A stretch of 64,000 nucleotides of DNA from Bilabrum cf. latius (lineage: Eukaryota), in the NCBI GenBank assembly GCA_965178125.1, contig OZ237748.1, positions 1,116,001-1,180,000 of the forward strand, given 5' to 3'. Position 1 is the first letter of the stretch. Every line of letters starts with the position of its first letter. The translations under genes were made by a program, and so were the position numbers. This document shows, one piece after another, positions 1 through 10,805 of this stretch. Under the pieces are notes generated by a model. That model saw only the letters and a program-made list of their open reading frames with translations, did not search any database and was not told the DNA's origin.

Positions 1-11
1 GCGCTGCTTGC

Positions 12-3000
12 GTGCATTCGGCGGCGTCCTTGCCGTCCTGGTTGCCGCAGGGCAGCAGCTCGTGGTCGTGTCCAGCATCACTAGTGCCCGATTGGAAAAC
101 CCTGGGGCAGGTTCGCAATGATTTTCTTCGTTTGGTTAGTGCTTCCGGGGCATCATCTGCATCGGCGTCCCGACTAGAGGTGGTGTTTGCCGCTGTGTGT
201 GTGATACCACGCGGAAGTTCAGCCTTTGAGATGCTCTCCTCCCATGCTTGGCGCCATACAGGCGAACGCTGTGACGTTGAGATTCGTGACCTTGTTGGGA
301 ATGAGATTCCTTCGTGCTCTTCTGGCGACTGCATGCGTCTCCTACAATTGCTGCATCCGTGGGCCACTGAGGCATGCAGATCAGGCGAACCTGGCCTCGT
401 GCGCGGACTGCTACAGGGAGTCCAGGCTGACATGCAGGCGCCGTCCCGTCGAGCAGCACTGTCCCGTCACTTCGACCCCCGCGGGGGCAGTGGAGGCCGG
501 GGCAGTGGAGGCGGGGGCAGTGGAGGCTCCAGGCGCAGTGGGGGCGACAGCGACCAGCCCAGTACCGATCGTGGCGGAGGTCGACACCGTCGAGGCCGTG
601 GACGTGGCGGTGCAGGCCAGCAAGGTGGCCAGCACCAGCGTGCGGACCGGCAGGACGGGGGTTCCACCAGGAAGTCCAAGGAGCCTTCACCTGACCCTCC
701 CCCACGAGGTACGTCACGTCAGAGCCAGCCCAGCACTCCAACACCAACACTGCCGCAGGGGCGTACGCAGACTACCACCACATCGGACGCGTGTGCTGCT
801 TCCACACCACCTGTCACGTCAACGCCCGCGCTTCACCCAGTCCTGGTGGCCCTAGCGCGCCCTAAGCGACCGCAGCGGCCGCCCACGGCGTCATCCACGA
901 GGCTGCCAGGTAGGACGGACATCTCTCCAGCATTCGTTGACTGGGCATATCCAGCTCCGGATCCAAGCCATGAGTGGGCAGGGACGACAGCACCCTCCGT
1001 AGAGGACTTCATCCAGCGAAAGGACGATCACCAGCGTACCAGAGACTGTCCCGGCGAATTCGTGGAGGCTCCAGCTGCGACGTGGGACCGTGAGCGGATC
1101 CACCTGAAGGTTCACGAAGACCCGCTGGCATTCACGCCACGCAAGTACTTCGACAAGGTGCCTCGCTAGACTGCAACACTGCGGACTCGGCGGGAGGTTC
1201 TGTTTGGCGGCCGCACACCGAGGAAGGCCCCGTCCCTTGCCGAGTTCAAAGCCCTCCCACGAGTCGAGCGTGTACTGGCAGCACTGAACTATGGTTGCCC
1301 CCTAGCCATCGTGGACGAGGTGCCCAAAGAGCACGATCTAGACTACAAGGACCGTAAGCTGTCTCCGGAAGAAAAGTGGGAGATCGCCTGCGAGATCGGG
1401 CGCTCCATGCGGGCTGGCGAGCGTGACTTCGTGTCACCCAAAGATTTCGACACAGCCCGGGCCCGGCCGCTGGTGATCCCCAAGAAGGACTCGACAAAGC
1501 TACGGTTCCTTCAGGACTCCTCACTCAAGGTGAACGGCCAGCGTACCGGTCTGAACAAGGCCATCGACTACAGTGCAGCCACGCCTGTGCAGCAGACGAG
1601 CAGCATGGACGTGCTGCGCTCGGCAGCCGCAGCAGTTCGATCCTGCCCCAAGCGTGCCAGCGGATACGTCGTCGACATTTCCTCGTACTTTCGGGTCCTG
1701 CCGGTGGCAGTGGAGGATCTCCGATACAACCTGATCAAGCTGCCCGACGGGCGCATCGTGCAAGACTTCAGGCTCTCTATGGGCAGCTCATCATCTCCCG
1801 CGTTCGCAACTACGATCAGTTCGGCTTTGGCCCAAGCCCTCGAGGAGCAGTCCATTGGCAGGGCCATGCGACCCGGACGGAGACACAAGCAGAAGCAACG
1901 ACGCCGGCAGCAGCAGCACGCCAACGCCCAATCCAGCACGACGGACCAGGCGCCCCAGGCGAACTCGTCAGCAACGTCCACCCCGCCTGCCGCTAGCACG
2001 ACAACGGGACAGGTCAAGACGGCCCAAGACTAGTCCCGCCATTGGTAGGTCGAAAATGAGGTGTTTGTAGATGACTTTGCCTGCCTCGGCGGAGATCACG
2101 AAGTCGATGCATGGGCAATTCGAGCCATGGGGCAGCTGGACTCCACAAACTTCCCCGTCAGCATCTCGAAAGCATTGAAGCAAGGGGCCCCAGCCCCGGT
2201 GTTCGAGTACTTGGGCCTCACCTACGACTTGATCAAACACGAGGTGCGGTGCCCTAAGGACAAGGCCACCGACGTCCTGCGCAGACTGCACGAGGCACTC
2301 ACGACGAAGGGGATGCTGCTGTCTAGCTTTGAGACCTTGGTCGGCAAGTTGTCCTTCCTGTCGGGCGCACTTTATGGTATGCGCGGTGCTCTACGTCCCC
2401 TGTATGACGCCAAGGGCTGGGCCCTTCACAAGTAGGCCAGCCGGTCACGACCAGGTGAGGTGTGGGTCCCCACCTCCTTCGTGTCCAAGGGTGGCTTCAC
2501 AGTTGGGGAAATCCTCGAGGGATTCCAGGTGGCTATCCAGCGCAAAGGCGGGCGCAGTTTTCCGATGCGGGGCACCATTGACTGTCCCATCATTCGCACT
2601 GATGCGTCGGTGACAGGCTACGGCGCCGAGCTACTTCTCCACGACACGGACGGAAACATCACATCGCACACCGGCATCCACGGCACTTGGCCGCATCGCC
2701 TAGAGGCGAAGGATGTAGCGGCGGCAGAACTTGCAACATGTTTGTTGGCACTGGCGCATTGGCGACAGCACCTGCGTGGACGTGTGGTGCGTTTGTGGTG
2801 TGATAATGATGCTTCCGTGTAGCTGATACGCTACGGCAGACCCAAGAGCCACATCATGGCAGCCTTACTTCGCCCTATCTTCGTACTGCAGACAACGCAA
2901 GATGTGCAGATTCACGTGAAACACATTCCTGGCGAGGACAACATCGTTGCGGACGCTTTGAGCCGCGGCTCACAGGAGGCATACACGCACCTGGACGCGG

Positions 3001-3953
3001 TGTATCAGGTCGACTGTCCCACGCCGATCTGGAGGACCTTGTACAAGCACGACCATTTCACGCTGGTGGCCACTCTGGACTCAGTGGGTTGCGCACGGCG
3101 TGGGGGCACTTCGACAACTTCCTCACGTGGTACGACATCGACCGCAGCTTCATGGACGGGCATCTTCCAGCAGCTCGCAGACTCTTCGCGTTCAGGCTCA
3201 ATGCAGCGCTCTCGAGATTTGCAGTCTTCTTAGGGGAATGTTCGCCTCTCAGTGGCGGCACCATCGCTACATACACCAGAAATGCCTAGCGAGTCGTCAT
3301 CGAGTCCACAGGAGCGTGCGGCGTCCCACGGTCAAGCTAGCTCGACAGCATCCTCCGGTACTACCACAAAGCATCGCCATCGGCGCACCCGTTGCGTCGA
3401 TCTTCAGCCCCACTCCGCGCAATCCGACGGTGTTTCTCGACAGCCGGTTGCAGCACAACAGAGTAGGCTGCTCGGGCAGCTGTCTGTCTCTGCTTCTGTG
3501 GGGGCCTCCGGCTGGGAGAGCTCGTCGGTGCGTCCAGACGACAAGCCGGCCTCCAATGGCAGCAAGTGCAGTTCATCACGCGAGACGGACGCATCCATGG
3601 TGTTGCCATCCGCCTGGGCCTCCACAAAGCCGACGGTCCAGCCAAGTTCTCCATCCAAGCCGCAGAGCCCATCGCAGTCCATTGCAGAGCCGGACGATGG
3701 GCAGTCACAGGCAGCAGGTTCTGCGGCGTGCGAGCCTTCGTGGCGTGGGCAGCAGCGAGCCACGCCCCAACTGCAGGCGCAGACGAAGACTACGCCCGGT
3801 AGCTGGCGCTCAGCTGCCCCACGTCAGGGCCAGTCTTCGTGGCGAACACGAAGCCGATCGTCAAGGCGCAGGTCGTACGGGCGCTCCGCAGCTTCTGCTC
3901 ACGAGAAGTTGCAGGAGCGGTGCACGGACATTCCATCCGCATCGCGGCAGTGA
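12..3953 (+). CDS. Gag-like/RT/RNase H polyprotein (5'-partial; continuous if TAG=Gln)
   Basis: Track ORFs 12, 1311, 2061, 2460, 2856 and 3252 share one frame, separated only by TAG (1167, 2031, 2046, 2433, 2820, 3231). RT motifs VVDISSYF, LSMGSSSSP, FVDD, YLG; RNase H motifs TDAS, AELA, CDN, NIVADALSR. First non-TAG stop is TGA at 3951-3953. Confidence 0.85.
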
Positions 3954-4147
3954 TGTGTTTGGACCGTGCTGGGGTCGCCTTCGAGGTCATTAGGCGATTC
4001 GGCAGATGGAAGTCGGCATCTGCATGCGAGGTGTACTTGCGGGGCGTCAGGGAAGGCTTGCCTCCTCTGGAGCTCGGCGGCAGGAGCCTCGATTTGAACA
4101 GGCCAGTGTGGGTGCTGGCCAGCGCGCTGCGGCTGAACTTGGAGTGA
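3089..4147 (+). CDS. Tyrosine recombinase of the Ngaro element (start unresolved; four in-frame TAG)
   Basis: Reading through TAG gives GLRLGEL, HKAD, GHSIR, GRWKS and VYLR, the R-K-H-R-W-Y catalytic set of DIRS/Ngaro YRs. Ends at TGA. Confidence 0.87.
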
Positions 4148-4187
4148 GCCACACAGCCGCAGCGTACAAGACATGGCGGTAAGATTT

Positions 4188-4649
4188 GGCGGAGTAGTGC
4201 ACGTGCTCTTCCCAGCCCCGGTCAGTCCGGTCAAGGGTAGCGCACAGGCACAGCTTTGTCAGGTCTTGCCATGTCTGATTGTTAACGAGACTAGGTTGCG
4301 CGTACACTCTGGCATCATGATCCTAACGCCGGATGGGGTTCGGTGTTGATGCCAGAGTGGGAGCGCGTGAACGTCTCGTTGGGTTCCGATGGCGGTTGCG
4401 ACCGGGAAGGTGCGACCAAGCCAACGGATTGCTTGCGATGACGCGCATACCCTCTCTGTGTTCAGGAGAGGGGCGGAGATTGGGTAATTTTTGCCCACCC
4501 TCCCAACCCCCTCCTCCTCGGCGGAGTAGTGCACGTGCTCTTCCCAGCCCCGGTCAGTCCGGTCAAGGGTAGCGCACAGGCACAGCTTTGTCAGGTCTTG
4601 CCATGTCTGATTGTTAACGAGACTAGGTTGCGCGTACACTCTGGCATCA
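4188..4649 (+). repeat. Ngaro split direct repeats: B1 (4188-4317), A2 (4318-4493), C-rich spacer, B2 (4520-4649)
   Basis: B1 and B2 are identical 130-bp blocks. A2 matches the 5' terminus of copy 2 (15718-15893). Confidence 0.93.
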
Positions 4650-6210
4650 TATTAAATATAATATTGTTATGTCCACAAATTTTCTAGCTGTAATTTTGAT
4701 ACAATAAATTAATATAAGAAAAATTGATCTGTATGAAATTCTTGTATTAAAGTAAAAATGTAGAAATTATGAAATCGTATACTGTTTACTTTTGGATATA
4801 ATTTGTGGACATAACATTTTTTAATTAATTAAAATACTATTAAATATAATATTGTTATGTCCACAAATTTTCTAATTATGTTCTTAATATTTTCTAGGCT
4901 TTTTATTTCAATACATATGGCTGAAAAGAAAAAATTTATTAAAAATCAGAATAAAATCGCACGTTACTTTAAGACTCGGAATCATAATCTACACGTCAAG
5001 GGCTTTCGAATGATATAATATTGTATAGGGTTAATAATGACTGGAAGGGTCATCCTGTTTTCTGGAAGTGGCATCCTGCTCTCTGGAAGTGGCATCCTGT
5101 TTTCTGGAATGGCGTTCCTGTCCTCCGAATGTGTCATCCAAACATTTTAAATATAACAAATTATATATTTTCTGAATCCTCATGAGCTAGGGAACAAGAA
5201 AATAATAGTTATATGTTACGTGCATTTTTCTGTAATTTTTTAATAATCATTAAATCGAATGTCTTCCTGTTTCCCTATTGTTGCAATTTATTCCTTAGAT
5301 TTAAATAGGTCATAAATAATGGTTAATAATATTTGACGCTCACCCTACGATTTACAATAAAAAAGTGAAACAGATAAGGATGACAGATTTGATGACAGAA
5401 TTGAAAATTTAGGTAGAATAAATAATTTAATATAATATTAACTTTTATTTTTTTTCTTTCAATGTTGAAAATATAGTGTTTTGTCACACATTTGTCATCC
5501 TTATCTGTTTCACTTTTTTTTGTTACATTTAATAGTGGTCATCGTGTTGACATATTTGTGCTGGGAATTTTTACGTGACAGATTTGATGACGGAATTGAA
5601 ATTTTAAGGTAAATAAACAATTTAATATAATATTAACTTTTATTTTTTTTCTTTCAATGTTGCAAATATAGTGTTTTGTCACACATTTGTCATCCTTGTC
5701 TGTTTCACTTTTTTATACATTATAAAGTGTTCTTCTAGTTACTATATTTATGTTTACATATTTGTTTGAATATTGTGGATAAATGTGTGTTGCGTAAGTT
5801 ATTCAGCTGAGCAATTTGGACACAGCGGTTTGGGACGGGGCGAAGGAGCATACTCTGTACTATGATAAATCTATTTTTTGTTTTACTTTATCGTATTCTG
5901 ATAAGTTATTGATTCGAGGACTTAATTCAAAAAGTACTTGAAAATTCAGAATAAAATCGCACGTTACTTTAAGACTCGGAATCATAATCTACACGTCAAG
6001 GGCTTTCGAATGATATGATATTGTATAGGGTTTATGAGCTTGTCCTAGGCTTTGAGAGCCTTGTCAGGCCCGACACGAACTTTGTCAGCCCCGACACCGA
6101 CTTTGTCAGCCCCGACACCGACTTTGTCTTCCCCGACAAGATCCAAAAATCGACGGACATATGACAAATTATATATTTTCTGAATGCACATGAGCTAGGA
6201 AACACGATGG
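4650..6210. repeat. Non-coding viral region with direct repeats, inverted repeats and 21-bp arrays
   Basis: Duplicated module ~4945-5198 / ~5945-6205, each enclosing a different 21-bp array. Inverted repeat ~5359-5385 / ~5492-5518. Duplication ~5381-5518 / ~5577-5713. Confidence 0.8.
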
Positions 6211-6252
6211 TATGACTTATAGTTGCGTGTCGTTTTAAAATAAGATTTTATT

Positions 6253-7620
6253 TTAAGATAGGATATCGAGGAGTACATCAACAAAATCACTATTATGTCC
6301 TCCTCCTTTGTTCCTTAGCCTTGCAGATCTCCTTATTCCTTCACTTGGTATGGTTTGAAGGTTTCTAGTTTGTCTTTTAGTTTTTTTTGGTTCAGGTTGT
6401 TTGCGTCCCTTGTCCCAGTAGAAACTATCACCATCCCATATCACGTTATTTTGGCGTTCAAATCGATCAACAACTTTTGGTATGTCCTCAATTAATTTCT
6501 CACGTGGTTCAAAGGTGTCATCCTTGGGTCCATAATGTTTCCAGCGGACAATATAGCCTTGCACACCCTTCTGGATGCTAGGACGGACCAGTTTCGATAC
6601 CTCATAGGTCTCTGGATCGTCTGTTTCATTCTCCACACCATCGATGGGTAATAAATCATGATTATAATATATTTCTTTCTGTCCTTCCAATTTATACTGA
6701 GGAGCACGTAGGTTGTCTTTTGGTTTCATTACTTGACTAATAGTATAAATATTTTTGGTCCAGTACGTGCCATCCTGAGATCTTTCCTCTAGTTTTACCC
6801 TTACCTTCTGTCCTTTTTTTAAAATACGATCATCAGTTTTTTTGGATGCTTTCATAATATTCTTAGTAATTTCTGGTTGCTCTTTATCCTTTGAATGAAT
6901 ATCGTCAGGTGATGCCTTAATTGTCCTTTGATATGTTGAATTATAATAGTCCACTAATTGTTGTAAATATTCATGCCAATTCTTGTCACCCGATGCCTTG
7001 ACGTTCATTCTTATTAATTTTTTAATTGATTGATTGAATCTCTCAATTCCACCATTACTTTGGGGGCGACTAGGTAGGGAGAAAACCTGCTTGATACCTT
7101 CAGATTTTAAATAGTCTTTGAATTTTTTATTTACAAACTCTGATCCATTATCTGATCTAATTGAGCTGGGTATTTTTCTCATTCCCTTAACAATTTTTTT
7201 CATGGCATCCAATACTGTTTTCTCCTGCTTATTTTCTAATGCTTCAGCCCATGCATATTTCGAGTATAAATCTATGGCTGTTAAAATGTAGCGATACCCA
7301 CCAAAAGCATAGCGTTGCATATCAACTAAATCAATAGCTACCTGAGATAATGTATGCCTCATAATTGTTGGCCTTACTAAAGTTTTCTGTTTTTCTGGTC
7401 TAGTAAACATTTGATTTACTTCTTGTTTTTTTAACCATTGCATAACGTGTCTACGTGATACATTAATACCCTTGGATTTCGCAAGTCTCCAGAGTCGGTC
7501 TCTACCCCACATTTGCTTTTGATTGTAATAAAGATCATGTAATGCTTCCTCAGCCTGGGTACTTATAAATGTTCTTCTTTTATCGGCTTCTTTTTTATCT
7601 GACTTTTTTTCATCTGTCAT
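6253..7620 (-). CDS. Retroviral-type (rve) DDE integrase with C-terminal chromodomain
   Basis: IDLVDM, SDNGSEF and SNGGIERFN form the D-D-E core. YEVSKL..YIVRWKHYGPKDDTFEP is a chromodomain. This architecture is typical of Polinton/mavirus integrases. Confidence 0.92.
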   Translation of the reverse strand: MTDEKKSDKKEADKRRTFISTQAEEALHDLYYNQKQMWGRDRLWRLAKSKGINVSRRHVMQWLKKQEVNQMFTRPEKQKTLVRPTIMRHTLSQVAIDLVDMQRYAFGGYRYILTAIDLYSKYAWAEALENKQEKTVLDAMKKIVKGMRKIPSSIRSDNGSEFVNKKFKDYLKSEGIKQVFSLPSRPQSNGGIERFNQSIKKLIRMNVKASGDKNWHEYLQQLVDYYNSTYQRTIKASPDDIHSKDKEQPEITKNIMKASKKTDDRILKKGQKVRVKLEERSQDGTYWTKNIYTISQVMKPKDNLRAPQYKLEGQKEIYYNHDLLPIDGVENETDDPETYEVSKLVRPSIQKGVQGYIVRWKHYGPKDDTFEPREKLIEDIPKVVDRFERQNNVIWDGDSFYWDKGRKQPEPKKTKRQTRNLQTIPSEGIRRSARLRNKGGGHNSDFVDVLLDILS

Positions 7621-7656
7621 TTATAATTTAGATAAAGATAATTATCCTTACCAAAA

Positions 7657-8334
7657 TTAAACATTAGAATTCTTTTCTTGCTCCTTCTTCAATCTACGTA
7701 GTTTTCTACGTCTCTCATTTATCCTTTGTCGATTTTCTCTCAAGTACTTCCTTTTCTTTACTAGTATTTCTTCCTTATTTTTTTCATAGTATGTTTTTTT
7801 ATTTTCAAGTATATTTTCTTTATTCTTTTCATAATACCCTTTTTTTGTTTCCTTTATTCTTTCCTGATTGTCTTTCTGGTACTGTTTTTTCTTTTCAAGA
7901 ATTTTGTCCCTGTTTGCTTTGTAGTACGCCTTAATTTTGTCTACATTTTCTGCATAATACTCTTTACTTTTTTCTCTCAGCTTTTCCTTATTGGCTATTC
8001 TATACTGTTCACTGTACTCCTTAAAACTTCTTCCTGCAATGTTTTTGTTCACGCACGGATTGTTCCTTATAAAATCTCCTTCGATCTTGTTTAATTCTTC
8101 CCTGTCATTACACGGACATTTTTGTACCAACTCTATTTCAACATTTCCGAGCTTGAATATTTCGAATGCTGTGATATAATTGGCTTTTCCATTATTGTAC
8201 AACTTATACTTAGTTGTGTGACTCCCCTTTCGTTTATACAAAGGTTGACAAGTAGAACCATAATAAACCATTTTTGGATCATCACAATTTCTTGAGTACA
8301 ACTTATAAATTTTTGCGTTTTGATAATTAACCAT
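7657..8334 (-). CDS. GIY-YIG-like endonuclease with Lys-rich helical tail
   Basis: KIYKL..YYGST..L..R...H and a later conserved E (E..FI), followed by YYEKNKE-type repeats. Confidence 0.75.
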   Translation of the reverse strand: MVNYQNAKIYKLYSRNCDDPKMVYYGSTCQPLYKRKGSHTTKYKLYNNGKANYITAFEIFKLGNVEIELVQKCPCNDREELNKIEGDFIRNNPCVNKNIAGRSFKEYSEQYRIANKEKLREKSKEYYAENVDKIKAYYKANRDKILEKKKQYQKDNQERIKETKKGYYEKNKENILENKKTYYEKNKEEILVKKRKYLRENRQRINERRRKLRRLKKEQEKNSNV

Positions 8335-8374
8335 CTTTTAATATCGTTAATTATCTTTTTTTCTTTAAATGTAA

Positions 8375-9343
8375 TTACTCTTGTAAAGCGTCGGTCATCA
8401 ATTTGTTTAATAGCTTCAACTTTTCATCCTTTGTCATGTCTTGCATTAAACATTTCATCTTATCTTCAACATTTCCGTGGACCATCTTTGAGTATTTGCT
8501 ATAAATTCTATTTTCGGTTTGCATTGAATGACCCAATACGTGGCAGTCACGCATTCTTTCCTTCATGGAAACCTTTGGATTATCGATTCTTTCACTTACA
8601 TACTTATTCCTTATATCGTTGGGTGAAATACCAAAATATTTCTTGGTACATCTTTGGATTGTTTTTCTATCTGTTTCTTTATCTGGATTTTTTAATGATG
8701 AAAACATGTATTTTGGAGTGTAGATACTCAAAATTGAATTCACCAAATCGATGTATTCATCAGATAATTCTATTTCTTTTCCCTTATTATGTTTATCCGT
8801 TTTATGGTTCACAATAATCAATTTCTTGTCCTCAATAATTAATCGATTTAATTTATGGTATTTTTTAGAATCCTTTAATACAACAATGGATGATGTGAAC
8901 TCGGATGGTCTCAATGGACCGATCAAATTAAAACTAGCTAGAATCCATTTATTTACAATATCATTTACATCATTGCTATCCTTGAGTTTATTATATGCTT
9001 CACCAACTTTACAGAATTTAAAGTCTTTCATTTTGGAATCATCCAATTTATTCTCATAGACTTTTCTATTTTTTTCTGTCATTTTTACCTCTTTTCTTAA
9101 ATCAATATACACTGAATCCACATGAAGTTTCAATGCATCCAAGCATTTAACAAATCCTCTTAGTGTTGGACTTTGACTTCCTACAGAAATGGATTTAATA
9201 AATTTCATGACTTTCTTTGGATCATTTATATCATCCACATTTTCATAAACCCTTTTAAATCTATTTATGTATGCAGTTTTTGAGTTGCTATTTTCATTTT
9301 TAAATGCTTGTTCAAGCTTTTTAATGTAATTTTGTAATTTCAT
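8375..9343 (-). CDS. Viral tyrosine recombinase
   Basis: Motifs PLRPSE, NHKT, DIRNKY, LGHS and a downstream Tyr occur in YR order. Confidence 0.75.
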   Translation of the reverse strand: MKLQNYIKKLEQAFKNENSNSKTAYINRFKRVYENVDDINDPKKVMKFIKSISVGSQSPTLRGFVKCLDALKLHVDSVYIDLRKEVKMTEKNRKVYENKLDDSKMKDFKFCKVGEAYNKLKDSNDVNDIVNKWILASFNLIGPLRPSEFTSSIVVLKDSKKYHKLNRLIIEDKKLIIVNHKTDKHNKGKEIELSDEYIDLVNSILSIYTPKYMFSSLKNPDKETDRKTIQRCTKKYFGISPNDIRNKYVSERIDNPKVSMKERMRDCHVLGHSMQTENRIYSKYSKMVHGNVEDKMKCLMQDMTKDEKLKLLNKLMTDALQE

Positions 9344-9392
9344 CTTATATATTTATACAAGATAAAATATTCTTTAGGTGCGTTTTTCATCG

Positions 9393-10001
9393 TTATTCTT
9401 CAACCTGATTTTGCTTCTTTTTTTTCACATAGTATTCTTTGGCTTTTTGTAAGCGTAAATCTCTATTTTTCTCATAATTTGATTTAAAATATTGTTTTAT
9501 TTTCTCTTTATTTTCTTCTCTATATTTTTTTGCATATTCCTTTTTCTTCTCTTTCTGCTTTTTATAACTTTCATAATTTGATTGATAGTACTGTCTAATT
9601 TTCTCTTTGTTTGCTTTATAATACTGTCTACTTTTCTCTTTAAGTTTGTCCTTGTTAGATTCTCGATATGTTTTCATTTGGTCTTCTCGAGACCTTCCAG
9701 CTATATATTTGTTTACACATGCATTGTTTTTAATAAACTCTCCTTCTATTTTACTTAGCTCTTCTCTATCATTGCATGGGCATTTCTTGACTAATTCAAT
9801 TTCAATATCTCCAAGCTCGATTATCTTAAATGATGTTACGTAATGTCCTTTTCCTCCTGTAGTATAATTTTTGTAGTATGACATATGTCCACCCTTACGC
9901 TTATATAATGGTTGACATGTAGAGCCGAAATAAACCATAACTGGATCATCGCAATTTTTGGAATATAGTTTGTAAATTTTAGCGTTCTGATAATTAACCA
10001 T
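9393..10001 (-). CDS. GIY-YIG-like endonuclease, paralog of 7657-8334
   Basis: Near-identical N-terminus MVNYQNAKIYKLYS..YFGSTCQPLYKRK. Confidence 0.75.
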   Translation of the reverse strand: MVNYQNAKIYKLYSKNCDDPVMVYFGSTCQPLYKRKGGHMSYYKNYTTGGKGHYVTSFKIIELGDIEIELVKKCPCNDREELSKIEGEFIKNNACVNKYIAGRSREDQMKTYRESNKDKLKEKSRQYYKANKEKIRQYYQSNYESYKKQKEKKKEYAKKYREENKEKIKQYFKSNYEKNRDLRLQKAKEYYVKKKKQNQVEE

Positions 10002-10108
10002 CGTTTTATATCTTATAATAGTTTTTTTTCTTTATGTATATAATATAATTATTTTAGTGCGTTTGAAAGATCGCAAAGTATCCATTTTTTATCTCTTCAT
10101 AAATTATT

Positions 10109-10393
10109 ATGGATTACCAAAAAATGCTTGGTGCTAAAATATTAAAGAAACGAAAATTAAATAAAAAATTAGGTTATTTTCTCGATCAATTGGATAAACT
10201 AAGTGATTTTTTACGAGGAAATGATATAAGGTTGACAATGCATAAATTCAAAACAATAGGTAACCACAGCAAACTACGAGACGATATAAGGTATACAAAA
10301 ACGCAATGTGTTACAGAATTAAACAAATTAGAATCGAAATACTTAGAAAAATATGGCTGTGTTCCTGTATTTAAAAGTGAAGCACTAAATTAA
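10109..10393 (+). CDS. Hypothetical viral protein
   Basis: ATG-TAA ORF in compact AT-rich context; stop overlaps that of the convergent gene. Confidence 0.5.
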   Translation: MDYQKMLGAKILKKRKLNKKLGYFLDQLDKLSDFLRGNDIRLTMHKFKTIGNHSKLRDDIRYTKTQCVTELNKLESKYLEKYGCVPVFKSEALN

Positions 10394-10764
10394 ATTATTT
10401 TTTTTTCATTCTCATCCTTTTTACTGTGACTAGCAATGGGACTATTAAGATCCACTTGCTTGGATTGTTTTTTCTTTCTTTGATAATACTCTCGTTGCTT
10501 GGCCCTGATTTTTTCTTTATTATTTTGATAATAATTTTTCATACATGAGCGATGCTTGGCTTTCCCCTTCTCTGTATTTAGATAATTATAAATATATTTT
10601 TTATTTCTTTCATAATTACCTGTGTATTTGGATTTTAAGGTATCGTATTTTTCTTTTAACTTATCGTAATCCTGTTTTAGCTTTTTTATACCTTGCTTTA
10701 CATGTTTGCTGATTTCTCCTTCTGACTTAAGAAGGTCATTTAATTTTTTTTCGGTATTCTCCAT
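10390..10764 (-). CDS. Hypothetical viral protein (coiled-coil, basic)
   Basis: ATG-TAA ORF with YYQNNKEKI-type tail and the shared upstream TTTTCTA motif. Confidence 0.65.
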   Translation of the reverse strand: MENTEKKLNDLLKSEGEISKHVKQGIKKLKQDYDKLKEKYDTLKSKYTGNYERNKKYIYNYLNTEKGKAKHRSCMKNYYQNNKEKIRAKQREYYQRKKKQSKQVDLNSPIASHSKKDENEKKII

Positions 10765-10805
10765 TTATATAATCTATAAATAGAAAATAATTTTAAGTAC
10801 GTTTA

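Larger units (their letters stand above)
1..4649 (+). mobile_element. Ngaro-type tyrosine-recombinase retrotransposon, copy 1 (5' end outside window)
   Basis: RT, RNase H and YR coding frames followed by split direct repeats B1-A2-B2. Near-identical to 17732-22377. Ends ...GGCATCA at an abrupt GC-rich to AT-rich switch. Confidence 0.93.

Noticed and set aside
1-4147. Ngaro ORFs as stop-riddled pseudogenes
   Set aside because: All internal stops are TAG, shared by both copies, with intact catalytic motifs; host genes show the same pattern.
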